DNA of 64,000 nt from Lama guanicoe (Eukaryota): the NCBI GenBank assembly GCA_013239625.1, contig MU054391.1:9271095-9335094 (forward strand), written 5' to 3'. This document shows positions 24,470 to 36,253 of the stretch, in pieces (within the stretch, counting starts at the first letter, position 1; each line of letters begins with the position of its first letter). A model generated the notes under the pieces. That model saw nothing but the letters and a program-made list of their open reading frames with translations. It did not search any database and was not told the origin of the DNA. The translations under genes and the position numbers were made by a program.

Positions 24470-25794
24470 GGACAGCAGCATGTAAATCAATGAAGCTAGA
24501 ACACTCCCTTACACCATACACAAAAATAAACTCAAAATGGATCAAAGACTTAAACATAAGACAAGATACAATAAACCTCCTAGAAGAAAATACAGGCAAA
24601 ACATTATCTGACACACATCTCAAAAATGTTCTCCTAGGGCAGTCTACCCAAGCAGTAGAAATAAAAGCAAGAATAAACAAATGGGACCTAATGAAACTTA
24701 CAAGCTTCTGCACCACAAAGGAAACCAGAAGTAAAACAAAACGACAACCTACGGAATGGGAGAAAATTTTTGCAAATGATGAAACTGACAAAGGCTTGGT
24801 CTCCAGAATATATAAGCAGCTCATACGACTTAATAAGCAGAAAACAAATAACCCAACCCAAAAATGGGCAGAAGACCTAAACAAGCAATTCTCCAAGGAA
24901 GACATACAAATGATCAATAGGCACATGAAAAAATGCTCGATATCACTAACTATCAGAGAAATGCAGATCAAAACTACCATGACGTATCAGCCCACACCAG
25001 TCACAATGGCCATCATTCAAAAGTCTACAAATGACAAATGATGGAGAGGCTGTGGAGAAAAGGGAACCCTCCTTCACTGCTGGTGGGAATGCAGTTTGGT
25101 GCAGCCACTGTGGAAAACAGTGTGGAGATTCCTCAAAAGACTAGGAATAGACTTACCATATGACCCAGGAATCCTGCTCCCGGGCATATATCTAGAAGGA
25201 ATCCTACTTCAAAAAGATACCTGCACCCCAATGTTCATAGCAGCACTATTTACAATAGCCACGAAATGGGAAAAGCCTAAACGTCCATCAACAGATGATT
25301 GGATAAAGAAGAAGTGGTATATTTATACAATGGAATACTATTCAGCCAAAAAAAACCGACAACATAACGCCATTTGCAGCAATATGGATGCTTCTGGAGA
25401 ATGTCATTCTAAGTGAAGTAAGCCAGAAAGAGAAAGAAAAATACCATATGAGATCACTCATATACGGAATCTAAAATAAATAAATAAATACATACATACA
25501 TACATACATACAAAACAGAAACAGAATCATAGACATAGAATACAAACTTGTGGTTGCCAAGGGGGTGGGGGGTGGGAAGGGACAGACTGGGATTTCAAAA
25601 TGTAGAACAGATAAACAAGATTGTACTGTATAGCACAGGGAAATATATACAGGATCTTGTGGTGGCTCACAGCGAAAGAGCTGTAACAATGAATGTATGT
25701 ACGTTCATGTATAACTGAAATATTGTACTCTACACTGGAATTTGACACAACATTGTAAAATGACTATAACTCAATAAAAAATTTAAAAAAAAAA
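24470..25794 (+). mobile_element. Young 5'-truncated L1 (copy B): ORF2 C-terminus, 3'UTR, A-tail
   Basis: ORFs 24490-25041 and 25096-25416 are L1 ORF2, with a premature stop at ~25041. 3'UTR ends aatgactataactcaataaaaaatttaaaaaaaaaa. Internal (TAAA)/(TACA) microsatellite at ~25475-25512. Confidence 0.95.
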
Positions 25795-25809
25795 CTTTCA
25801 CTTACAAAC

Positions 25810-25906
25810 ATGGAAAGGAACATATATGTATAAGTGAATCACTATGCTGTAGAGTAGAAATTAATATTGTAAATTTGCTACACTTCAATAAGTAAATAAA
25901 TAAATA
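25810..25906 (+). mobile_element. Older L1 3' tail remnant
   Basis: tatatgtataagtgaatcactatgctgta...tacacttcaata + (TAAA)n. Confidence 0.7.
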
Positions 25907-25921
25907 GTGGAAAACAAAAAA

Positions 25922-26030
25922 ATTTTTTTTTAATTTGGGGGGCAGGAGGGCATATGGTTTATTGATTTATTTACTGTAGGTACTGGGGATGGAACCCAAC
26001 CTCGTGCATTCTGAGCATGCGCTCTGCCTC
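25922..26030 (-). mobile_element. Vic-1-like tRNA SINE, degraded
   Basis: ggtactggggatggaaccc...ctcgtgcattctgagcatgcgctct is the reverse complement of the SINE head seen at 14445. Confidence 0.75.
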
Positions 26031-26694
26031 CCCTCATCTGGTCTATTTTTTTAAAAGATTACTCTGGTGTCATCTAACCTGTTTTCCAGGTGAGGACACT
26101 GAGACGCACATCTGGTCAGTGACTGAGTCAGGGGAGGTAGAAGAACCCATCTTCCAGCCCCTGCTTTGCACAGTCTGCTTCCCTTTCCTTTACTTTTCAG
26201 AAAAGACCAAACTGAAGCAGGGCGTTTATAGGACTCGCCCAGGTTTGCATAATATTGAAGGCCTCCATACGACCAGAGCATCAGCTAGTTTTCTGAATGC
26301 TACTTCCTGAACTGCATCCCTGATGCACCTGAAAGACACTGCAGGAACACTTGGGACTTTAAATAATGCTGAGGCTGTGGCGAGACTGCTGAAAGGGAAG
26401 GCAGTTACAGCAACAGCCCCTGTTTATTCCTCCGCCTCCTTTTTTGTTCATGTTTTCCAAAGCCCTGAAAATGTTCAAGGCTCCTTACAATAGGTACTGT
26501 CAACGCGGTTTCTATAGTGACTTCTGATAATGCAAAAAGGCATGTTTAGTGGAGGCTCGAGATACTGCAGACATCGAACTACTATTCTACTGAAGATGGT
26601 TAAGACAGGCAGCTACCTGCCAGCTATTTTTTTGCCAAAAAAAGATGCTTCTAAGAAGGAGCTTTATTCCTGGCTTATCATACACAATTATAAA

Positions 26695-26860
26695 GTGTGA
26701 AAGCTGGAGCAGTTTTTTGTGGACTTCCAGTACAATCCTCACATTCTACACAGGAGGAGACTGAGGCCCAAAGAGGTTAAGTTACCGCACCAAAGTACAC
26801 GGTGCCAACTGGCTAGTCTGGGACTCACGCCTGATTTCCAAACCAATGCTCTTGTCACTC
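26695..26860 (-). mobile_element. MIR fragment
   Basis: acaggaggagactgaggcccaaagaggttaagt...gctagt...cctgatttccaaaccaatgctctt. Confidence 0.7.
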
Positions 26861-27810
26861 TCTCCTTCCCCTCTTCATCAACAGATACCTTCACTGAAAC
26901 AGTAAGAAACAAAAATATTTTGCGTCGAAATGTAACCCTTAAGCATCAACAAGTTCTCTCAATAACCATCCAGGCTTCTTTTACCTAAAGTCAACCTTAA
27001 ACAAAGATAAGCAACCACCTTTAAGAGTGGAGGAGAAGCACAAAAACATAAACCCCACAGTTCAATAAAATGATGGATGGGCCAGGACGACGAGGTAACT
27101 AATTATTAACCGTAACATTAAACAAGCACTTAACAAAGATTAATCTTCCAGTCTGTATGCAAAGCACAGAGATAACTCATTAGCTTGCTGATTCCTTTTT
27201 TTTTCTGGCATCCTGAATAAATGACCCACTTTAAAAAAAAAAAAGAGTGATCTTGCCTGCGTGGGAGGGCCATAGCAAAACTGGCCTGAGCATCACTTCC
27301 TGAAGGATGTCCAAGGTGAGCGGAGTTGATGGGAATTCAGGGAGAAGGAGCAGTAATGCAAGAGTTGTTTTCCCAACACCGCCACGTTTGTGAAAATCTC
27401 CTTAACGACATGAGGCTGCTTTGCAATTGTTTTCATCCCAATGTTAGAAATCCTACCACTGGCCTTGCAGCTCGATTTTTAGCTACTAGAAATAAAAAGT
27501 ATTTTGCTTTTAAAAGTCTTGTTTGTAGAATATTCATAGCTATCCATGGGGAAGGAAAATCATTCGAGGGCGTGATCTGACTTGGGGGTATTTCTCATCA
27601 CTGGGGGGAAAAAAAACAGCTGGTTTCTGAGGGGTCCAAATATGGGAGAGACATATAAAGCTATCTGATTATAAATAATGAGTGCCCGGGGAAACTTAAA
27701 CTCCAGGGTCTAGCGGACTTCACCAGCTCTGGATTTTATGAAAGGAAAGGCTGACTTGCTCTGTATTAAAACAGTGTTTGTATCATCAGAGCGATAAGGA
27801 AAGTGAAATT

Positions 27811-28270
27811 GACCCGCCTCCTCCACACCCGGTCCCGCCCCCCGCGGGCGGCCGCCCTGAACGGCGCGGAAAGAAGTTCACGCTGTTACACAAAGCCCAG
27901 CATCCTCTCCCTCCTCTTCCTCTTTGCTTTCACCAGTGTTAAAGGTAAACCGAGGCACATTAAAATGTTGAAGAGTGCGTCCGAGCAAACATCTTCCCGA
28001 TGAAGGCCGCGCCAGACCAAAACAGCGGCTCTCCGCCCGCGGGAGCTGGGGAAGAGGCCTTCGTAGGGCAGACACAGAGCAGAGCAAGGAGGCTACGAGA
28101 CTGGCGGCGGCTCGCTCAGCCGCCTCATTTGGGAGGGCCTCCCTGGCTCTCTGATCGGTTGCTGTTCAGTTTCGCTTTCTCAGATTCCACTGCGTGGACT
28201 CTGGCTTGGGTTTTGATTCGCTGTGTAAGGCGTCGGAGCCACCCTCGTCTAACGGCCCCCGTGTTGCGTT
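27811..28270. promoter_or_regulatory. Small CpG-island-like patch with GC boxes
   Basis: About 37 CpGs in ~460 bp (hand count), CCGCCC boxes, NotI site GCGGCCGC at 27848-27855; far above the window background. Confidence 0.6.
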
Positions 28271-28278
28271 ATTTATAC
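27937..28278 (-). mobile_element. ERV1-class solo LTR (MER4-group; subfamily uncertain)
   Basis: tgttaaaggtaaaccgaggcacattaaaat...gagcaaaca at one end. The minus strand of the other end reads ggccgttagacgagggtggctc...aaacccaagccagagtc...gaaactgaacagcaaccgatcaga, resembling MER4-group LTR starts. Confidence 0.6.
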
Positions 28279-28379
28279 TTTGGGAAAGCTTATAATACTT
28301 CCTCCTTCTTCTGACTTCTGTAAGTCTTCCACACTGAGTCTATAGGTTCATTCAAAAAGAGAATCAAGTCATATAGTTC

Positions 28380-29336
28380 GACCCATAAAGAAAAAAAGTC
28401 CTATGTTGTACAAAAGAGAATTTTCCAAGCCTAATGAAACCTCTTTTCATTTCCTTGTAACTTTCTTCTTTCACTCAGGCTGTGAGCCAACACCCTCTTT
28501 TTTTATACCCTGTATCATCCTCTTTCGTGGATTCCTTTTTCATTCTGCTAAACTATTTCCTAAAGTAATTTTTTTTCATGTAGGATCTGTGAGACGAAAA
28601 TTGAAATAATACATGTCTAGAAGTGTTTTATTTTGGCTTTAACCCGACTGATGGTTTATCTAGACAGAATTTCATATCCAAACCACTTTCCCTCTGAATT
28701 TTAAAGACAGTTCTATTTATTGCCCCCAAAGCTGCTCATGAAAACAATCGATGTTCCTTTGTTGATAACATGTGTTTTTCTCTTTTACAGCCCAAAAGAT
28801 TTTCTCTCGGCCCTAAGATTTCTGAAATATATATTTTTCACTAATCTGGGATTTACCTTTTCTGATTAATCCAGCTTAGCCCTCAGTGTGCCTTTCCATG
28901 TGAAGATTTGACTCCTCAGCCCAGAAAATAATCTTCCATTTATTTCTTTGATTACTTCATTTCCTGCATTACTTTTGTTTTCTCCTTCCAGAATTGCAGT
29001 TGGATGGATGTTGAACCCCTGGCTTTATCCTTCACGTGTCTGTGTTTGCTTCTCCTGGTTTCCACCTCTGTCCATCTACACGACGTCCTAGGCGCCGTCT
29101 TTGTGACCAGTTAGTTGTGCCGACGTCATTATTCAGGCTATACGACCCACTGACATTTTGATTTCAGCATCATATGTTTTTAATTTTCCATGTCTAGCTT
29201 TTATTTGCTGACTGCTAATTTTTTATATTGGCCTTTTCAGATTATATTGATACAACATGTTCTCAAATTTTAAAATTATACATGGGGGGGTTGTCTGTGT
29301 TTAAGTGTCTTGATGCTGTTTGAATTTGCTCTGTTG
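28380..29336 (-). mobile_element. Ancient L1 (L1ME/HAL1-like) fragment
   Basis: T-rich antisense L1-like text (ttcttccatttatttctttgattacttc...ggatgttgaacccctgg...ttgatttcagc). Confidence 0.5.
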
Positions 29337-29598
29337 GTCATCTGGATCCTTTTTCTTCTTTGTAGTTTAAAAAAATAAATGTATTGAACTGTAGTTGATT
29401 TACAATGTCTGTTAATTCCCAGCCCCTAATTTATCCCTCTCCCCCTTTCCCCTTTGGTAACCGTAGTTTGTTTTCTATGTCTGTGAGTCTGTTTGGGGTT
29501 TGTAAACAGAATCTGTATCAGTTTTTGTTTTTCAGATTCCACATATATAAGTGATAGCATATGATATTTGTCTTTCCCTGTCATCTGGGCCCTTTTTC
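29337..29598 (-). mobile_element. Short L1 3' insertion with 19-bp TSD and internal deletion
   Basis: TSD gtcatctggatcctttttc (29337-29355) / gtcatctgggccctttttc (29580-29598). The body jumps from gatttacaatg to tctgttaattcccagcccctaatttatcc. Confidence 0.8.
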
Positions 29599-32379
29599 AT
29601 GCTGTCGGGTTTGCCTCAAACTGATGATCCTTCGTTTTCCAATTATACTTAGGAATGAAAGACAACACGGGCTCATTGTGGACACTGTCATGGTTTTCCT
29701 GGGCAGTTGTATAAGTCTTTTATGCCACTAATCCTCCCACTTTGAGCAGTACCCTGTTTCAATGCCCATTGTAACAAGTTAAACCCCACCATCCTACTTG
29801 CTGGAAATGTGTCTCCTAGTTAAGGGTTTCGCTGCTGAGAATCTTGCATATGCTCTTCCTGCTCCAGGTTCCCCACCATGCCCACTTCTGTAGCTAGAAT
29901 TCTCTCTTCCCCTCCCCCTGGGTGCCAGTCTGGAGCAGGGCACCACGTAGGAGTCTGTTCTCCGTAAAACACTGGCCAATTCAACCTCATCAAAATAGAA
30001 AAGCACAAATAAATGGCTGCAGCATCTCATCTCATCTCCCAAGACAACTCCAGAGAATGTCAGCCTGGACGTATTTCCAGGTTGTTTGTACTAAAACAAT
30101 CAGAAGAATTAAAATATCTACATCTAACGTGTACGTCAACACATACAAAACTGCACCAAAAATAAATGTGAGAAAGTAAATGTGAGACACCCTCACCAAA
30201 ATAAGCACTGAACAGGAGAAGCCACAGCAGAATTATGGAGCTGCCCAGGTGATAGGTTGAAGGCTTTCTGTACTCCTCCTGTAAAGATAAATAAATTCCA
30301 CTGGTGCAAACTGACTCAGTGCCAACCAAAATCATACATGGATATTTGTATCCTTAGTTTTGGGGGAATGAGAAATGGAGAAGTAAAGGCTTGGAAATTG
30401 TGATTACAATTGGATTTATCAGTAAATTAGAGCATCTTCATACCTAAGCCAGGTTTGTCTACCTTATCTATAAGAGCCAATCTGGGTCGAACAAAGAAGG
30501 ATTCAAACTTAGGTGAAATATCAGTCCATTCACCATCACATCAGGGTTCTACAAAAAATGAGGTAGAAGGAATATGAAGGCAGCAGCTCACCTCATCTTA
30601 AAACCACCTGTGACCACACCAGGACTCAGTGATCCCAGCCACCAACCCAATAAGGCCAGTTGTGTCCATGTTGTTTGTTTGGTCTCATCTTCAGCCAAGA
30701 ACTTTGGGGCAGATGGAAGGCTGTGATTGAGGCAACGGTGCGGGGAGAGATGTGCTGGAGAGAGACGAGGAAAGAAGGAAAGAAGGCAGAGTGAAACCTG
30801 CCAGGAAGGAGCTGATCGTTGATGAGAAATGGGTCCTGGATCTCTGATGGGCCAAGGCCATAACCAGTGTCCAGCAAGTGTGGGCAGCCCGGTGGACGAG
30901 GGACGAAGGTCCTGCTGGGGAGCCTATCTTCCAGGGACACTAGGAATGCAGTTCCAAGCAACTATGGACAAAGGACTCAACGCTGTGGGCAAAGAACCAT
31001 AAAATTAAGTATTATAAAGCACGTGAATTAACCTTCGAGAAAAAGCTACTAGCAATAGACAAACCCTAACACATACCAGACTTAGCGTTAAAAATAAATA
31101 AATAAAAGAAAGAAAAGGCAGGGAGGTGGTGGCAGCGAAGGGGGTCTTGGCTGAGCAGGCCTCCTTCTCCGGGGGTTCACCGGGTATCCATGGGGCCGGG
31201 CGGGAGGACATTACTCTTTGAAGCTGGGATTTTTATGCCCATGAGGAAACTGCAGTGGAAGGAAATTAAACGCCCTCACAACAGTTGCTCTGCTAATGAG
31301 TGTCAGACATTTGAAACCTGATCGGTCTCGTTTGAAATGAGATCTCCAAATCTCCGTGCAACAGCAGACATAAACAGTATGCAGACGAAGAACAGCAAGA
31401 TATTTCTCTAGAAGCTCAGCTGTGATTTACATGCAAAGTATGAAGAACACCAGACTCCCTCCTGCCCTGGCCATGAACGACAAGACAGGACTATCCCCAT
31501 CCTGACTCCCAGTTTACAGAGTGATTGCACCCAAATAACCTTCTTGAACATCTGGCTACAGCTGTAAGCAATGCCATTGTGATTAGCCGTATTACATACA
31601 CAAAGAAATGAAGGTCCATGGCGTTAACTGTGCTGCCCTCTTAGCTTTGAGACCCTTTTCCAGGCAGTCATCACTTCTGAAGCCATTGGAGTGAAGTAGA
31701 GATTAAGAAAGTGTTGTTCAATGGAAGCCTCTCAGCTCGGCATAACCAAGGAAGCAGCAACGTCGACCCAGTGCAGCAACTGTTCGTACAAACCCTCACC
31801 TTCTCCTGTCGATGGTGGGTGTCGTGACCCCTCACAGTTGCCTTAACACCTCTAGTCCCTATTAAGTAGACAAGGTTTCATTTCCTCACCATAGGTATAG
31901 ACCATCCCACAATAATGTGAGGATAGAAGTCTAGGAGTCCTGGAAGGATTGGGTGCCTTCAGGACCAGGACCCTGCCGTGGACCTGCCGTGCTGCCCTGG
32001 CTTGGCTGGAAGCTGGTGGTTCCAACACAAGCTGCTGGACCCTGACAGCTGGGCTTCTGCTCCCCTCTCCAAATTCTCGTCCATCCAGCTTCTCCATCGC
32101 TGCTTCTGTGGCCTGTTTTATCACTTATCTCTCCCCCTCTCTATTCCAGGAAGACTTGAAAAGGCACGCTTTATAATATTTTAGTCATTTTCTCATTGCC
32201 GACCACACAAAGCCTTTCTTTAGTATTCCAAAGCACCCAAGAGCACATCTCTGAAAGGCAGAACTAGGACTTGAATTAAAGACACCCTGATTCCAGGTCC
32301 TGTGGGCTTTCCTACCCCCACCCCTCAGTGCTGCCTCCTGGCCTCCAGTTACCCATCTACAAGGTCTGAAGTGAGACTA

Positions 32380-32530
32380 AATCAGGGAGTCTCACCCTGA
32401 GGTCCACCGACTATGGGAGGATCCTTGAATGGGTGTTCCCCTGTAAGGATGTTTGTGCATTTTCCCAGGAAACAGCTTCTGTGACATTTTAAAGCAGGTG
32501 AGAGATGTCCAAAAGGTTAAGAATCACTTT
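32380..32530. mobile_element. hAT-Charlie-type MER inside a MIR
   Basis: cagggagtctcaccctgaggtccac...aaaaggttaagaatcact, flanked by MIR-like sequence. Confidence 0.45.
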
Positions 32531-35500
32531 TGAAGATTATGTCAAAGGTCCCTCCCAGCCCTAACATTCTATAAACCAACGCAAAATGCTAACATGGTTT
32601 TAAAAGTCAGCTTTATCGTGGGTCATAGGAGTTTGGAAGGAAATGTGCAGTAATTAAAAAGAAAAAAAAATCAGAAGACTCTTTGGCTCAAAAGAAATCC
32701 CACCCTAATACATGCCGGAGCATGCCGTGCCCTTCAGCCTCTGGTCCCCTGCAGCAGCTGGACAGATGGACAGGCCCCATAGAACGAGTGTACAGGGAAC
32801 TAAGTCTGCAATCTCTGGTCCAGCTCCATCTTCTCGAGTGCGTGAATCCCTCCCACCACACCTCCAGCTGCGGCTTGGACTTCCTATAAAAGGTGACTTG
32901 CTACCTTAGAGATCTGATTGCTAGAAAGAGCTCACTTCCACTGAAAGAAGATGTGCAAACCTGATGATTCCCGCTGCTGGCCCTGGTGCTACCTGCTGGA
33001 GCCACACACTAGAATTGTCAGCCCTCCTCTGCTCACCAACTGGTCAGGTTTGCGGTGATGCTCACTTCTACCTGAGCCTTCCTTCTCCATCTTCAACACA
33101 ATACCTCCCACAGCCATCCAGAGACAGGGCCCTCCCTGGGAACCTGCTCTGAACTGCCAGGGCGGGTCCTGACGAATGGTGCCCGGAATTGAACACGACA
33201 CTGGGGGGAAAGTCTAAAACTCCCAGGGAAGTCCAGAATCCTCATGCCTCTCACACACATACCTCTGTGCCACGACTACCACATTGCAATAAATATCTGT
33301 CTACACTCTGACTCCCTCACTATATTGCCAGCTCCCCACGAGAAGGATAAATCCTCCATTTATGTTAATATTGCCAGGCCCTGGCCAGTCCGGCTAAATA
33401 TGTGTAACAGTCTACTACGAGCCAGGCATTTTTATAGACGATTGATACTCATCCGTGAACAAAACTAACAAAATATTTGCTCTCCTGGAACTTACATTCT
33501 AAAAGGGATGGAGAGTGAGTGGGGAAGGGGCGTACTTGTCACATAGGAAGCATCTAATAAAACCTTCCCGAATGGAGTAAAGGGCCAAGGGAAAGTCTGG
33601 GAAGACTCACAACCCACTTAGTAGGTGGATACACTCCCCACAACGTCCAGGCACCCATGGAAATTCCACATGGCCTGTGTTTGCACGAATGCCTCAGGGG
33701 GCGCTTGGAGAATGGCAAGCCCGCTTCGCTCCCCGCCAGAGCCCTGCAGGCAGCATGCACCGTATTTCAGCAGAACAGGTACACGTGGACCTCTGCGAGC
33801 TTCAAAAAACATTTGCTCCTTCTTGCATGGCTACTCCCGGCAAGAGCAGGGAGCTCTTTATCAGAATCGCTGCCCCTCACCTAAGTGTGCAAAGGGAGCC
33901 GGAGCACAGCTCTCCTGGCCTTCGGCCCTGGGCTCTCCTGCAGATGCACTTTTTAGGAAGGAGGAAGGCAGAGCAGATGGATGCTTTGCTGACGGGCTCA
34001 AAATACTTCCCGGAGCCCAGAAAGCAGGGTAATTGCTGTTCGTGCCGCTGCTGCACCGTCACCCTCTCCCCCGGAGGACTGTGCGCAATTCAGAGACTTC
34101 AAACTCAACTGTCATAGCGACGGACTATCTGATTGTGGAGATTTTCTGCTGATTTTGTCTTAGGACTTGGTCTCTTATTTCCAGCCACGAATTGTTATCA
34201 AACTGTGGATCGAGCCTTTCAAGGCCCTTCCACATCCTCATTTGTTCTGGTCCCTGCTTTCTCTGCTTTATCTTCAAAATGCAAACATAACACCCACAGA
34301 GGAAAGAGGAAAGGCTCTCCCCTCGTTTGAAAACGGGCTGCAATGGCCGTTGCTTTTTTTATCCAATTGGCAAGTCTGCTATTTCTCTCAGGCTAGTTGG
34401 GAACCTTTCCAGCAGCTTCTCAGATATTCCAGACCCCAAATCACCAAACATCAAAGTGTCTTCCAAATCCCTTACTTTACCCTGTAGAAACTGAGGCCCA
34501 AAAAGGAGAGGTGATTTTTTCCAAAAGTTCCTCAGAGAGTTGAAGCTAAAACCAAGATGACTTTGCTGACCCAGGCAGAACTGCCTTTTTTCTTTTTTTT
34601 TTTTCCCCAGGGTTTAGGAACTGCCAGCTGTCCCTAAGGGACCCAGAGTCCCACTTCCCACAGGGAAATGGGGGAACATCAGAGCTGAAGTCCAAACCGT
34701 CTACTGACACATGGAGAAACTGAGGACCGGAGAATGGAAGGGATGACAGCCTGGTTAGCCTGGTTCGCCCGGCCCGGGCACACAGCAGGGGTTCAAGTCA
34801 TAGCAGCTGAGTCTGAATCTAAAAGGGGAAATGATTTCCAGTTATGCTGAAAGTGTAATTAGAGATACGATCCTTTTCTTTGGAATCTCAAGCCCAGTAA
34901 TGAACAGTTAAGACCTAGCTCCTCCTGCTGTGAAAGTCCAGAGCCAGGAATCTCTCAGCAGAGCTGCCTTCTTCTCTGCAAACACCACGCTCAAAAGGAA
35001 CTCAAGGGCGGGTCTCCTTAAGGGTTTTACGATGGCTAATGAAGACACGAGTCCTCCTTACTCATCCTTGGCATAAGACTATTAGCATATTCACCAGGCT
35101 CTCGCCCTCCAAGCTTGGAAGCACGTGCATAACTTGTCAAATGAATCTCCCTACAGCAGAGCTTCTAGTCGTGGTCCTACTCAGACTCTCGATGGCTCAC
35201 CAAACCCCTCAGAATGAAGGATCGCCAGACACCTCGTAACCAGCCTTACGCTACCTGTATCAGAGACACTCAAGTTCCTGCATTCCACACAAGAGCAGAG
35301 CTGAAAAAGCCACTAACAATAGAATTTCTTAGCAATTTGTTGCATAGTTTCACACTGGAGCCTCACTTTATCCCAGAGGCTAGAAACATTCTTTAGTGGC
35401 AAATAATGAGTCTGTCTGCTATAAAATTAGCTACTGTTCCTAAGAGCTACAGAATCCCACTGCAATGTCAACCTAGAGAATTCATAGGATTACAGAATCT

Positions 35501-35759
35501 AATATTTGGAAGGAAATATTCAGGGTAATCTAGATGTATTAATGCATCCCCCTTAACCCGTGGTCATTAGTGCAGTTCCTGACATAGTAAACACTCAAGA
35601 CATCTTCATGTAATTAGTTAATTAATTAATGACCCTCAACTCCATTTAACATCTGTGGAAATTGCATCTTCAATATGAGGTGTGCTTTCCCCAAGCTCCC
35701 AAAATGTCAGGGTCAGAATTTAAACCTAAGTGTTCAGATTCTTAGTAATTTACTTTTCT

Positions 35760-35840
35760 ATTTTTTCTTGGGGGGAGGGAAGGAAATTAGGTTTATTTGT
35801 TTCATTTATTTATTTATTTTAATGGAAGTAGTGGGGATGA
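35760..35840 (-). mobile_element. Vic-1-like SINE 3' fragment
   Basis: gggggagg...aattaggtttatttg...tatttattttaatggaagtagtggggatgaa. Confidence 0.65.
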
Positions 35841-35927
35841 ATTTATTTTTCTTACTCACTATGTCTCTTACACGGTCACTTCTATTTTTTTTTAATTATT
35901 TTTCAAATATTCCAAGAGTAACTCAAA

Positions 35928-36253
35928 GTAAGCTCTTTTCTTTTTTCCTACTTTTTTCTAGCCTTATTGAGATATAATTAACATATAACATTGTGTAATA
36001 TACACAAGATGTCCAACATGACTTGATGTATGTGTCTATTGCACTATGATTACCCCAATAAGATTAGTTAACACATCCATCACCTCACACAGCGAACTTT
36101 TGTGTGTGTGTAAGGTAAGAACTTTTAAGAGCTACTCAACTTTAAGATCAGCTCAACTCATGGTATACAGTACTGTGTTATTAACTGCAGTCACCATGAG
36201 GTACATTCGATTCCAGAACCTATTTATCTTATAACAGGATGTAAGCTATTTTC
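35928..36253 (-). mobile_element. L1MA9-like 3' end with TSD
   Basis: ttattgagatataattaacata...gttaacacatccatcacctcaca...tattaactgcagtcaccatg. TSD gtaagctcttttc (35928-35940) / gtaagctattttc (36241-36253). Confidence 0.85.

Noticed and set aside
32883..32893. CCTATAAAAGG as a TATA or CArG box
   Set aside because: Isolated motif with seven A/T bases (not a canonical CArG) and no supporting exon or CpG context.
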